Below are positions 19,086 through 29,089 of a stretch of DNA of 64,000 bases, in pieces. A model generated the notes under the pieces. That model was not told the DNA's origin and did no database searches. It saw nothing but the letters and a program-made list of their open reading frames with translations. Source of the DNA: Gammaproteobacteria bacterium (GTDB taxonomy: Bacteria; Pseudomonadota; Gammaproteobacteria; Magnimaribacterales; TMED112); the NCBI GenBank assembly GCA_038133485.1, contig JAYPTH010000005.1, forward strand, positions 247-64,246, written 5' to 3'. Position numbers and translations under genes: made by a program. How positions within the stretch are numbered: position 1 is the stretch's first letter; every line of letters starts with the position of its first letter.

Positions 19086-19927
19086 AGGGTATGACTGGCT
19101 TTACAGAGATTGCTTATGCTGAAAATGGCATACAGTATAAGTGTATTGGCAAGTCATTAAATAGCAGGTTTCTAGAGGTATCAGTAAAACTCCCATCTAA
19201 TCTTAAGGGGTATGAAGGGTGGGTTAGAAATGAAGTTAAAAAAATATTTTCTCGTGGGAAAGTAGATGTAGAACTTTATGCTTTTACTTCTCAAGATGAC
19301 CAGCTCAAAGTTTCTGAAAGTCTTGCACGGAAAGTGAAGAAGAACGAAGACGAATTGAAGAGCAAAGGTGTAGAATTTGTCCCTATATCATATTTTCAGC
19401 TTTTGAAACTCAAAGATTCGCTTGGTACCAATAACAGCTTAGGTTCCCCAAGTTTTAAAAAATTGATCAAAGATACATTGAAGAATTTAGCTATTTCTCG
19501 ATTACAGGATGGCAACGCCACAAAAAAAGATTTGGAGTTATTGGTTAATCAAATGTATAAGCACTTAGGTAGAATTACAAAATTTGAGCAGAAAAACTCG
19601 GAGCAAGTATTTAAGAAATTTAAGAAATACAAAAGAGAACTAAATCTAAAAAATACTGATGTAAATTATCCTGAAATATTTGCTGCTATTAGCAAGTCTG
19701 ATATTAATGAAGAGGTTGTTAGGTTTAAATCACATCTTGATCAGGTAAGTAAATTAGTGAAATCAAAAGGACAAATTGGAAAAAAGTTAGACTTCTTTAC
19801 ACAAGAACTTTTAAGAGAAACCAATACCATGACGTCAAAAGCATCTATTTCGGAAATAAAAATTGAAGCTGTGGAATTAAAAAGCTTGATAGAAAAAGTT
19901 AAAGAACACGCACAAAATGTCGAATAA
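19082..19927 (+). CDS. yicC: YicC family stress-induced protein
   Basis: C-terminal FFTQELLRETNTMTSKA resembles the YicC/DUF1732 signature. Conserved position upstream of gmk. Confidence 0.8.
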   Translation: MKGMTGFTEIAYAENGIQYKCIGKSLNSRFLEVSVKLPSNLKGYEGWVRNEVKKIFSRGKVDVELYAFTSQDDQLKVSESLARKVKKNEDELKSKGVEFVPISYFQLLKLKDSLGTNNSLGSPSFKKLIKDTLKNLAISRLQDGNATKKDLELLVNQMYKHLGRITKFEQKNSEQVFKKFKKYKRELNLKNTDVNYPEIFAAISKSDINEEVVRFKSHLDQVSKLVKSKGQIGKKLDFFTQELLRETNTMTSKASISEIKIEAVELKSLIEKVKEHAQNVE

Positions 19928-20513
19928 CCACGAAAAAAACTTATTCATATTCACTGCTCCTTCTGGAGCTGGCAAGACTACCCTCATTCAACGCATACTT
20001 GATTATGCCGAAGAAAAAAAATACAAAGTACATCTTTCCATCTCTCATACAACTAGACAACCAAGATCAGGAGAAGAGTCATCAAAGGATTACTTTTTTA
20101 TATCTCAAGAGGAGTTTCACAGAAATATTTCAGATAACCTTTATATAGAGCATGCTGTTGTCCATGGCAATCTTTATGGCACGCCCAAAACACAAATAGA
20201 TCAAAAATTAATAGAAGGCTACAAAGTTTTTTTAGAAATAGATTGGCAGGGTGCGCTAGATATATTAAAAATTTACCCCAATGCAGAAAGTATTTTTATT
20301 TTACCTCCATCTATAGACCATTTAAGAAAAAGATTAGAAGAAAGGGGGTTAGACAATGAAGAGGTGATTAGCAGGAGAATTGAAGGCGCGGCACTAGAAA
20401 TTGAAAAAGCACCCCATTTCAAGCATCAAATTGTAAATATTTCACTTGACACAGCAACGAAAAACCTTATAAATATCATCTTCGGAGAAAACAATGGCAA
20501 GAATAACAGTTGA
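19917..20513 (+). CDS. gmk: Guanylate kinase
   Basis: P-loop [21 protein letters not shown] and EIDWQGA motifs. Confidence 0.93.
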   Translation: MSNNHEKNLFIFTAPSGAGKTTLIQRILDYAEEKKYKVHLSISHTTRQPRSGEESSKDYFFISQEEFHRNISDNLYIEHAVVHGNLYGTPKTQIDQKLIEGYKVFLEIDWQGALDILKIYPNAESIFILPPSIDHLRKRLEERGLDNEEVISRRIEGAALEIEKAPHFKHQIVNISLDTATKNLINIIFGENNGKNNS

Positions 20514-20736
20514 AGGATGCTTAAAACAAGTCGATAGTAGATTCGACCTTGTTTTGAAGGCTGCTGAAAGAGCAAGAGATCTTATTTCAACAAGTGCTGA
20601 GCCACTAGTTGAGCCTGAAAACGATAAGCCTACCATCATCGCATTAAGAGAAATAGAAGCAGGCGTTCTTACTGAAGAGAACCTTGCCTCTAGTGACACC
20701 GAAGAGGTTTTTCTCGATAATGAAGATGAGGAGTAG
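20494..20736 (+). CDS. rpoZ: DNA-directed RNA polymerase subunit omega
   Basis: [30 protein letters not shown] is a canonical RpoZ N-terminus. Lies between gmk and spoT. Confidence 0.93.
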   Translation: MARITVEGCLKQVDSRFDLVLKAAERARDLISTSAEPLVEPENDKPTIIALREIEAGVLTEENLASSDTEEVFLDNEDEE

Positions 20737-20744
20737 TATTTTTA

Positions 20745-22892
20745 TTGTTTGATTCACTTAGCATTTTTAAAAAACCTCAAACTTCCAAATTAAGCGAAGA
20801 GTTAGATCAATTATCCAAAATTTATCTGAACCCTCTTTCAAGCCAAAAAATTAAAAAAGCAATTGATTTTGCTGACAAAGCTCACGAAGGACAATTCAGA
20901 AAAAGTGGTGAACCATTTCTAACTCATCCCATAAACGTTGGTTTAATATTAGCTTCATTAAAAATGGATGCAGACACAATTGTTGCTGGTCTGCTTCATG
21001 ACGTTGTAGAAGATTGCAATATCTCACTCTCAAAAGTTCGAGAAGAATTTGGAAGCAATGTCAGTGTGCTTGTAAATGGAGTGACAAAGTTATTGCAGTT
21101 GGATGAAAAAATAAAAGGTGAAAGCCAAGCTGAGAATTTCCAAAAGATGGCTTTAGCTACCGCAGAAGATGTAAGGGTGGTAATAATTAAGTTGGCTGAC
21201 AGGCTTCATAACTTAAAAACTATTGAGCATCTTCCAAGAGAAAAACAAATTAAGAAATGTAGGGAAACAATGGAGCTTTATGCCCCACTTGCTCATCAGA
21301 TAGGAATGCATAAGATGGCAACTGAGCTTGAAGATATTTCTTTTAAAACTATACATCCAATAAGATATAAGCTAATTGTTGATGCACTGAAGAAGAATGA
21401 TTTAGACAAGAAAACACTAGTAAGTAAAGTAAAAAAGTCAGCAAGAAAAAAATTTAATGATGCCGGGCTCGAATTAAAAATTACAGGTAGAGAAAAAAGA
21501 ATTTTCAGCATTTATCAAAAGATGAAAAAGAAAAAATCTTTTTCTAATATTTATGATGTATTCGCATTTAGGATAATCGTTGATAAAGCAGAGGATTGCT
21601 ATAGGGCACTGGGTCTAATTCACAATATATTTACACCTATAACTGGTAGATTTAAAGACTATATTGCAGTCCCAAAGATGAATGGTTATCAAGCTATTCA
21701 TACAAGTGTTATGACATTCGATGGTGTACCACTTGAAGTTCAAATACAAACAGATGCAATGGAAACATTTGCCAGTTATGGGATAGCTTCACATGGCCTA
21801 TATAAAACAAACGTAAGCAATGATTTAATTCAAGCAAAATCAAGACAGCTAGTGCAAAGGTTAACAGAGGCAAAAAATAGAAGCGCTACATCATCAGAAT
21901 TTCTTGAGAATATAAAGTCAGATTTAAAAGGTAAAGAAGTTTATGTTTTCTCCCCTAACGGAAGAATCTACTCATTAAAAAGTGGCGCAACACCTGTAGA
22001 TTATGCTTATGCTGTTCACAGTAGTCTTGGAAGTTATTGTCTTACTTGTGAAATAGATAAACAGTTATCACCACTGTCTACTGTTTTGAAGAGTGGTCAG
22101 ACTGTTGAGATCATCAAAAGCAAAAAGAAAAACGTCAATCCAGACTGGCTCAACTTTGTGGTTACCTCAAAGGCAATTACAGAGATTAAAAAGGATTTAA
22201 AGTCTATTAAAATCAGCGATGCAAGAGCATTAGGAAAAGATTTGCTTGAAGAATCACTTCAAGATTCCGGCATTGATCTAAAAGAATTTCCAAATGAGCA
22301 ACTAAAAGAAGTTTTTAATGTACTTGGAGCAAGATCTCTTAATCAGCTTATGGTTGATATTGGTTCGGGAAGAAGAACAAGTAATTTTGTATCTGAAAGT
22401 TTTGCTGAGACGCTAAGAGGAAAAAAGAGAAAAATTTCGAAAATTATTTCCGAAATAAAAGTAGGTTCATCAAAAAAATACGGTGCAATAAAATTTCCAG
22501 AATGTTGCTACCCTGTTAGTGGCGACCCAAGCTTAGCCGTACATAATGAATCTGGCATTACTATTCATAGAAATGATTGCCAGAATCTGCAGGGCTTTCT
22601 CAATAAGCCTGGTAGATGCTCTAATGTAGTTTGGGAAAAAGAACCTGGAGCAACCTTTATTACATCAATTAACATAACAATTAAGAATGAACCTGGTGTG
22701 CTTGCTGATATTTCAAAACTAATAGCGAGCGCCTCTTCAAATATTGAATCAGTTAGCACAAAAACACTCGACGAAAACTTTGTTGAGCTAAATATTAAGA
22801 CTTTAGTCGAAGATCTAGATCACCTTAAACTTATCTCTAACAAATTAAAAAATAATAAGACAGTTACCAAAATTATTAGGCAGACAACTTGA
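20745..22892 (+). CDS. spoT: Bifunctional (p)ppGpp synthetase/hydrolase, RelA/SpoT homologue
   Basis: HD hydrolase domain (AHEGQFRKSGEPFLTHP, LLHDVVED), RelA/SpoT synthetase region, TGS and C-terminal ACT-like region. TTG start. Confidence 0.92.
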   Translation: MFDSLSIFKKPQTSKLSEELDQLSKIYLNPLSSQKIKKAIDFADKAHEGQFRKSGEPFLTHPINVGLILASLKMDADTIVAGLLHDVVEDCNISLSKVREEFGSNVSVLVNGVTKLLQLDEKIKGESQAENFQKMALATAEDVRVVIIKLADRLHNLKTIEHLPREKQIKKCRETMELYAPLAHQIGMHKMATELEDISFKTIHPIRYKLIVDALKKNDLDKKTLVSKVKKSARKKFNDAGLELKITGREKRIFSIYQKMKKKKSFSNIYDVFAFRIIVDKAEDCYRALGLIHNIFTPITGRFKDYIAVPKMNGYQAIHTSVMTFDGVPLEVQIQTDAMETFASYGIASHGLYKTNVSNDLIQAKSRQLVQRLTEAKNRSATSSEFLENIKSDLKGKEVYVFSPNGRIYSLKSGATPVDYAYAVHSSLGSYCLTCEIDKQLSPLSTVLKSGQTVEIIKSKKKNVNPDWLNFVVTSKAITEIKKDLKSIKISDARALGKDLLEESLQDSGIDLKEFPNEQLKEVFNVLGARSLNQLMVDIGSGRRTSNFVSESFAETLRGKKRKISKIISEIKVGSSKKYGAIKFPECCYPVSGDPSLAVHNESGITIHRNDCQNLQGFLNKPGRCSNVVWEKEPGATFITSINITIKNEPGVLADISKLIASASSNIESVSTKTLDENFVELNIKTLVEDLDHLKLISNKLKNNKTVTKIIRQTT

Positions 22893-23779
22893 ATAAGATT
22901 ACTGATATCTCATCACTTTCGAAAGACTTTATTCAAAAGTTGTTTTCAAAAACTTTAGAGATCAAATCCCAATGGCCAAATATATCTAAAACGAACAATA
23001 ATAAAACGGTCTGCTTATTATTCTGGGAACCAAGCACAAGAACTAAACTCTCATTTGAGCATGCTGCAAAAAAATTAGGCTTTACAGTAATTGATTTTTC
23101 CCCAGAACATTCTTCAATTCAAAAAGGAGAATCTTTTGAAGATACTATAAAAACCTTATTAGCCCTAAAAGTTGATGGTTTTATCGTGAGACATCCTGAA
23201 GATAAGATTATCAACAAAATAGCTACATGGTTGCCTGATGATGTGTTTCTAATAAATGCTGGAGATGGTAATCATGCTCACCCAACTCAGGCAATGCTTG
23301 ATGTTTATACGATGCAAGAAAATTATGAGTCTCTTGATAATTTAGCTGTAACTATTTTAGGAGATGCTAAGCATTCAAGAGTCATACCATCATATATTGA
23401 GTTATTAAAGCTTATGGGTTGTTCTGATATCAGTTTCCTCGCACCCAAAGAACTGCTTACAGAAAAATATGCTCCGGCATATTACGATATAAATGATGGA
23501 TGTTTGGCAAAAAAAAATATTCTCTATGTATTGCGAATCCAAAAGGAGAGATTTTCTTCAACCGAACAGATTAACGAGCAAGATTTTATAAACAAATTTC
23601 AGGTTAATGAAAAGTTTCTTTCAAAAACGAAATTTGCTGGCAAATTAATGCATCCTGGACCAATCAATATTGGCATGGAAATAGATATGATCACCGCAAA
23701 TTCAAATCACTCCTTGATTTTAGATCAAGTAGAAAATGGTCTTTATATTAGGGCAGCTTTATTGAGTTTGGTCTCTTAG
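22889..23779 (+). CDS. pyrB: Aspartate carbamoyltransferase catalytic subunit
   Basis: EPSTRTK, HPTQ and HPGPIN motifs. TTG start overlapping the spoT stop. No pyrI follows. Confidence 0.9.
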   Translation: MNKITDISSLSKDFIQKLFSKTLEIKSQWPNISKTNNNKTVCLLFWEPSTRTKLSFEHAAKKLGFTVIDFSPEHSSIQKGESFEDTIKTLLALKVDGFIVRHPEDKIINKIATWLPDDVFLINAGDGNHAHPTQAMLDVYTMQENYESLDNLAVTILGDAKHSRVIPSYIELLKLMGCSDISFLAPKELLTEKYAPAYYDINDGCLAKKNILYVLRIQKERFSSTEQINEQDFINKFQVNEKFLSKTKFAGKLMHPGPINIGMEIDMITANSNHSLILDQVENGLYIRAALLSLVS

Positions 23780-24370
23780 CACTCTTTCTGTAGTATCAAC
23801 AATAGTTACAGTATTTTGATCTAGCTCTATATTTACTAAATCTCCATATAGAAGGTTATTGAGATTAGTTGATTCTAATGTCTCAGGAATGAGATGTAAG
23901 TAAAAATTATTTTTTATAACCCTTCCAATAGTTAAGCTACAACCATTTAATGCAACATAGCCTTTTTCGAAGATATATTTTGAATATTTCTCGTCTATTT
24001 CTACTAATAAATTTTTAGCTCTGCCATCAATCTCAACTTCTTTAATCTCTGCAATTGTCTGTATGTGGCCAGAGACCAGATGTCCACCAACATGCTCTCC
24101 ATAACTTAGCGAGTTTTCAAGATTCACTTCATTTCCCAACTTGTAGTGTTGAATTATTGTTCTTTCTAGGGTCTCATTTACAGCATCGAAACCAACAACA
24201 TTTTCTGCAATACTTACTACTGTTAGGCATGCTCCATCAACTGAGAGACTATCGCCAATCTTTAATTTATCAACAATTTCTGCTGGCACATTAATCTTCA
24301 GCGCATGTGTTGAGCCATTAGGAATAATATCAACTATTTTGCCAGTTCCTTTGACTATACCTGTAAACAT
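23759..24370 (-). CDS. ribE: Riboflavin synthase alpha chain
   Basis: MFTGIV N-terminus and two lumazine-binding repeats (GDSLSVDGACLTV / VALNGCSLTI). Confidence 0.92.
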   Translation of the reverse strand: MFTGIVKGTGKIVDIIPNGSTHALKINVPAEIVDKLKIGDSLSVDGACLTVVSIAENVVGFDAVNETLERTIIQHYKLGNEVNLENSLSYGEHVGGHLVSGHIQTIAEIKEVEIDGRAKNLLVEIDEKYSKYIFEKGYVALNGCSLTIGRVIKNNFYLHLIPETLESTNLNNLLYGDLVNIELDQNTVTIVDTTERVLRDQTQ

Positions 24371-25002
24371 TATTTGCCTCTGAATAAATCTCTGTAAGTC
24401 TCAATTTTTTCTAGATGTTCTTTTTCTATCAAGGATTCTGCTGCAATAAGATCATCTAAGGAAATTATTTCAAAAACTCTAATTCCATTTTGCTTTAATT
24501 CATCTGATGCCATGTGATCAGATAATTGACCCTTTTCTTGTCTATTTAGGGTAACTAGTGCTCCCGCTACTTCAACATCAAATGGCTTAAGATATTTGTG
24601 AGCTTCATTTATTGCCATACCAGAAGAAAGTACGTCATCTATAATTAGTACTTTGCCCCGAGGTGTTGCTCCTATAAGTGAACCACCCTCACCATGATCT
24701 TTGATTTCTTTACGATTAAAACAAACAGGCATTGGTGATTTATTGCTTAGAGAGTTTGCTAAAAGTGTTCCAAGAAAAATTCCCTTATATGCAGGTCCAA
24801 AAATCATGTCAACTTCAATGTTCATATCATGAAACTTATGGAGCAGTATCTCTGATAGCTCTGATATCGAACCTTGGCTTAAGAAGGCTGCAGCATTGAA
24901 AAAGTACGGACTACTGCGTCCAGATTTGAGTGTAAATTCACCAAACCTAAGAGCGTTTGATTTAATGGCTAACTCAATGAATCTTGTCTGAAAGTCCTTC
25001 AC
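24370..25002 (-). CDS. pyrE: Orotate phosphoribosyltransferase
   Basis: GEFTLKSGRSSPYFFN and PRPP loop VLIIDDVLSSG. Confidence 0.92.
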   Translation of the reverse strand: MKDFQTRFIELAIKSNALRFGEFTLKSGRSSPYFFNAAAFLSQGSISELSEILLHKFHDMNIEVDMIFGPAYKGIFLGTLLANSLSNKSPMPVCFNRKEIKDHGEGGSLIGATPRGKVLIIDDVLSSGMAINEAHKYLKPFDVEVAGALVTLNRQEKGQLSDHMASDELKQNGIRVFEIISLDDLIAAESLIEKEHLEKIETYRDLFRGK

Positions 25003-25712
25003 AGTGATTCAATTGTTTTCTTTTGTAGCTGAATTAAATCCTTGATTCCAGATTCAGCTAAATCGATTAGGGTGTTAAATTCCTGCCTAGTGAAAGCTTT
25101 TTCTTCTGCAGTTCCTTGGACTTCTATCAAGTCTAGATTTTCATTCATCACTATATTCACATCTGCTTGTGCTTGACTGTCTTCATGGTAATTTAGGTCA
25201 AGAATCAACTCATCATTGAAAGTGCCAACACTTACTGCAGCTACTAAATTTTCAATGGCATCTTCTTTAGATAATCTTTTTAAAGCCATACATAAGGCAA
25301 CGGTGCCACCAGTGATTGAAGCAGTTCTGGTTCCGCCATCAGCTTGGATAACATCACAGTCTACAGTAATTGTGTATCCTGTTAGTTTATCCAGATTAAC
25401 TACCTGTCTTAGTGATCTGCCTATTAGTCTTTGTATCTCTTGAGTTCGACCCGATTGCTTCCCTCTATTTGCTTCCCTGGCCATACGCTCATTGGTAGAT
25501 CTTGGAAGCATTCCATATTCTGATGTAATCCAGCCAGTTTTTTTATCTTGCATCCAGCGTGGTATAGCCTTTTCCACTGTCGCATTACAAATAACATGTG
25601 TGTTGCCAAATTTAATTAAAGCAGAACCTTCTGAATGGATGTTAAATCCTGGAATTATGCTTACTTCTCTTAATTGGTTATTTTGTCTTTTATCTATTCT
25701 TTGTATGCTCAT
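24999..25712 (-). CDS. rph: Ribonuclease PH
   Basis: GWITSEYGMLPRST, RGKQSGRTQEIQRLIGRSLR and CDVIQADGGTRTASITG motifs. Confidence 0.93.
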   Translation of the reverse strand: MSIQRIDKRQNNQLREVSIIPGFNIHSEGSALIKFGNTHVICNATVEKAIPRWMQDKKTGWITSEYGMLPRSTNERMAREANRGKQSGRTQEIQRLIGRSLRQVVNLDKLTGYTITVDCDVIQADGGTRTASITGGTVALCMALKRLSKEDAIENLVAAVSVGTFNDELILDLNYHEDSQAQADVNIVMNENLDLIEVQGTAEEKAFTRQEFNTLIDLAESGIKDLIQLQKKTIESL

Positions 25713-25748
25713 ATTTGCTAGTATTATACATTCAAAGGGGTATTAAAG

Positions 25749-27128
25749 ATGATAAGAAAATTATTTTTAGGCCTTTTACTACTTGTTTTATTTGGATGTT
25801 CAGATGAATCATTCTCACTAACGCAAGATCAGGCAGAAGGTTCAGTAACTAAATTTGATAACGACACACATGGCACATATGCCTCTACATATGTTCCATT
25901 AAATTCAGAAAATGTTGTTATCAGAAATGCGACAGTTTTTGATGGCTTAGGAAATAAGTTTCAAAACTATGATGTTTATTTTTCTGAAGGAAAAATTCAG
26001 GCATTAGGGTCAAACCTGCAAGTAGATGCAGATGAAATTGATGGAACAGATAAATTTGTATCTCCAGGCATTATTGACATTCATTCACATATGGGTGTCT
26101 ATCCTGCACCCGGTGTAAGGACCAGCAGTGATGGGAACGAAGCAACAAGCCCTGTTACAGCGGAAGTTTGGGCAGAACATAGTGTTTGGCCACAGGATCC
26201 GCAATATAAGCTTGCACTAGCTGGAGGAATCACAAGCTTTCATGTTCTTCCTGGTTCAGCGAACCTAATTGGTGGCCGAGGCGTAACTTTAAAAAATGTT
26301 TCTGCAAACACTGTTACTGCAATGAAGTTTCCTGAAGCACCACACTCATTAAAGATGGCGTGCGGAGAAAATCCAAAAAGAGTCTATAGCTCAAGAGGCC
26401 CCTCAACAAGAATGGGGAATGTCGCAGGCTACAGAGAAGCATGGATAGGAGCTGAAAAATATAAAAAATCCCTCGAGAGAGATCCTAATTCACGAAACTT
26501 AAGAAATGAAACTCTAGTTGGTGTCTTAGACGGTAAAATTCTGATCCAAAATCATTGCTACAGAGCAGATGAGATGGCAACAATGATAAATATTGCAAAA
26601 GAATTTGATTATAAAATTACCACTTTCCATCATGCTGTTGAAGCATACAAAGTTGCAGACTTATTAGCAGATGAAGGCATATGTGCTGCTATGTGGGCTG
26701 ACTGGTGGGGTTTCAAACATGAGGCTTATGATATGACAATTGCAAATGTGGCAATAGTTGACCAAGCAAGAGATGCATCTGGCTGTGCTATAGTACATTC
26801 AGATAGTGCTAGCGGTATTCAAAGACTTAACCAAGAAGCTGCTAAAGCCCTCGCCGCAGGCAATAGAGCAGGATTTAATATTTCAGAAGCAAGAGCAATG
26901 ACTTGGATTACACACAACCCTGCTAAAGCAGCTGGAATTATCGATCAAACAGGCACATTGGAAGTTGGGAAAAATGCTGATGTTGTCATTTGGGATGGCA
27001 ACCCTTTCAGCGTCTACACAAAAGCAGATAAAGTTTATGTTGATGGGGCTCTGACATTTGATAAAGCAACACAATTTATGCCACACACTGATTTTGATTT
27101 AGGCGTAAAAGAGTGGGAGGTAGAATAA
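25749..27128 (+). CDS. Secreted/lipoprotein amidohydrolase (COG1228-like metal-dependent hydrolase)
   Basis: Lipobox LLVLFGCS, metal motif SPGIIDIHSHMG, C-terminal GTLEVGKNADVVIWDGNPF. Confidence 0.8.
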   Translation: MIRKLFLGLLLLVLFGCSDESFSLTQDQAEGSVTKFDNDTHGTYASTYVPLNSENVVIRNATVFDGLGNKFQNYDVYFSEGKIQALGSNLQVDADEIDGTDKFVSPGIIDIHSHMGVYPAPGVRTSSDGNEATSPVTAEVWAEHSVWPQDPQYKLALAGGITSFHVLPGSANLIGGRGVTLKNVSANTVTAMKFPEAPHSLKMACGENPKRVYSSRGPSTRMGNVAGYREAWIGAEKYKKSLERDPNSRNLRNETLVGVLDGKILIQNHCYRADEMATMINIAKEFDYKITTFHHAVEAYKVADLLADEGICAAMWADWWGFKHEAYDMTIANVAIVDQARDASGCAIVHSDSASGIQRLNQEAAKALAAGNRAGFNISEARAMTWITHNPAKAAGIIDQTGTLEVGKNADVVIWDGNPFSVYTKADKVYVDGALTFDKATQFMPHTDFDLGVKEWEVE

Positions 27129-28402
27129 TGAGATATCTAAGCATAATTCTATTCTCTATATTAGGATTCTTCTTAAATGCTGATGCTCAAGATATGGTTC
27201 TTGTCAAAGGGGGCAATGTATTTTTATCTGATCAAGGCTTTGTTGAAAAAGACCTATTAATTGATGAAGGAAAAATAATTCTTATACAAGATGAGATTGG
27301 AGATGTTGGTGCAGGCAAAACCATTTATGCAGATGGAAAATATATCACACCCGGCTTAGTTGTTTTCTCATCCTTGGGTCTTCTTGAAATAGGAGCATTA
27401 AGCGAAACTAATGATAATTCCTCTGATATTTATAACGCAGGTTTTGACCCTTCAAAAGCTTATAATCCATTTTCTCAAGCAGTTAGATTAAATAGAGCAA
27501 AAGGTGTTACTTCTACCGTTCATATTCCTGGAGCATCTGGGTATTTTTCCGGATTATTAAGTCATACAAAAATTAACAATGGCTGGAAACAAAAAAAACA
27601 GGGACCTCTTGGTTTATTAACAAGGTATGGGCAGTCAAGAGGGGATTCTCGTGCTGCTGAATTACAATTTATGACAGATCTTTTTAATTTTGTAAGAAGC
27701 AGGCCTGAAGATAAAGCAAATTACGAAACGGATAACATTCAGTTTTTCTTTGGCACACAAAATGATTATAGATTTACCAATCGAGATCTAGTTGCGATAA
27801 GAAAGCTTCTCAATAATGAAGTCCCTCTGGTTGTAAGGGTAAATAAGGCCACTGATATTCTAAATACAATCAAATTCGCTGAATCTCAGGGCATAGATCT
27901 AATACTCTGGGAAGCAAATGAAGCTCATATGGTAGCTGAAGAGATAGCAAAAGCTGGAGTTCCAGTAGTGCTAGATCCATTAGATAATATTCCAAATAGT
28001 TTTGATGCCTTAAATGCAACTTATGAGAACGTAGCTCGACTAAGTGAAGTGGGAGTGCAAATGGCTTTCTATTATGGTCAAGGTGCGGGTGCGCACAATG
28101 CTTATCTTGCAACACAGTCAGCTGGCAATGCAGTAGCCATGGGAGTTAGCTATAACGAAGCATTGAACTCAATCACTAAAACTCCAGCTGATATTTTTGG
28201 TTTGGTAGATGTGGGTCAGATTGCGGTAGGCTTTGATGGTGATATAGCCATTTGGGATGCTGATCCATTAGAACTTACTTCTTTTGTTGAGCACTTATTC
28301 ATTGATGGTGTGGAGCAGGACCTTTCAAATAGGTATGAAGAATTAACAGACAGGTATACCAAAGAAAAAGATATACCTAACTCTTATAGATCAAGAGAGT
28401 AG
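27128..28402 (+). CDS. Secreted amidohydrolase-fold paralogue with degenerate metal site
   Basis: Signal peptide MRYLSIILFSILGFFLNADA. Collinear with the upstream gene, but the HxH position reads TPGLVVFSSLG. C-terminal GFDGDIAIWDADP is retained. TAATG junction with the upstream gene. Confidence 0.7.
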   Translation: MRYLSIILFSILGFFLNADAQDMVLVKGGNVFLSDQGFVEKDLLIDEGKIILIQDEIGDVGAGKTIYADGKYITPGLVVFSSLGLLEIGALSETNDNSSDIYNAGFDPSKAYNPFSQAVRLNRAKGVTSTVHIPGASGYFSGLLSHTKINNGWKQKKQGPLGLLTRYGQSRGDSRAAELQFMTDLFNFVRSRPEDKANYETDNIQFFFGTQNDYRFTNRDLVAIRKLLNNEVPLVVRVNKATDILNTIKFAESQGIDLILWEANEAHMVAEEIAKAGVPVVLDPLDNIPNSFDALNATYENVARLSEVGVQMAFYYGQGAGAHNAYLATQSAGNAVAMGVSYNEALNSITKTPADIFGLVDVGQIAVGFDGDIAIWDADPLELTSFVEHLFIDGVEQDLSNRYEELTDRYTKEKDIPNSYRSRE

Positions 28403-28834
28403 GTTTCTAGCTATAGAGCTGGCTTCAGACATCTCAGCATCGGGATGTCTGAGCTTGATTTCTTTCATTAATTGTCCCATATCCCTCATTTCTAAGGGAC
28501 CAATTTCATCTAATATATTTTTTACAGCCTCCTGAAGCGCGTCTCCACTCAAAGCCTCTGGTAGATATCTACTAATTATTTGGAGTTCATTTTCTTCAAC
28601 TTCAGCAAGATCGGCTCTACCACCAGAGTTATACTGTTCTATAGAATCTTTTCTTTGTTTTGCCATTTTCTTTAATATGGCAATAAAATCATCCTGAGAG
28701 GCCTCTACACGGTTATCTACTTCGAATCTTTTTATTTCCGAAGTGATAAGGCGCAGAGTATCTCTAACAAAGACGTCTTTAGCAAGCATTGCTTGCTTTA
28801 GCTCTTCTTTAAGTTGATCGAAGGTTGCAGACAA
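28391..28834 (-). CDS. GatB/YqeY domain-containing protein
   Basis: 147 aa. LKEELKQAMLAKD..RDTLRLI..YLPEALS pattern of the YqeY family. Immediately downstream of rpsU. Confidence 0.8.
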   Translation of the reverse strand: MSATFDQLKEELKQAMLAKDVFVRDTLRLITSEIKRFEVDNRVEASQDDFIAILKKMAKQRKDSIEQYNSGGRADLAEVEENELQIISRYLPEALSGDALQEAVKNILDEIGPLEMRDMGQLMKEIKLRHPDAEMSEASSIARNLLS

Positions 28835-28836
28835 AT

Positions 28837-29046
28837 TTACTTGAGTTTTGCAAAAGAGTCTTTCATAACTCTTTTGTAGTTTCTCTTAACTGCGGCCGCA
28901 GCTTTTCTTTTTCTTTCTTCTGTAGGCTTCTCAAAGAATTCTCTCTTTCTAATTTCAGTAACGATGCCTGCTCTTTCACAAGCTCTTCTGAATTTTCTTA
29001 AACCTACATCAAAAGATTCAGTTTCTTTAATTTTTATACTTGGCAT
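28837..29046 (-). CDS. rpsU: 30S ribosomal protein S21
   Basis: [42 protein letters not shown] is canonical S21. Confidence 0.95.
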   Translation of the reverse strand: MPSIKIKETESFDVGLRKFRRACERAGIVTEIRKREFFEKPTEERKRKAAAAVKRNYKRVMKDSFAKLK

Positions 29047-29089
29047 AATGTAACGTGTATTTTAAGGATAATTAGAAAAGAATCAACAA

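Noticed and set aside
20442-20699. An 85-aa antisense ORF across the gmk/rpoZ junction.
   Set aside because: It is fully overlapped by two well-supported genes on the other strand and has no motifs.
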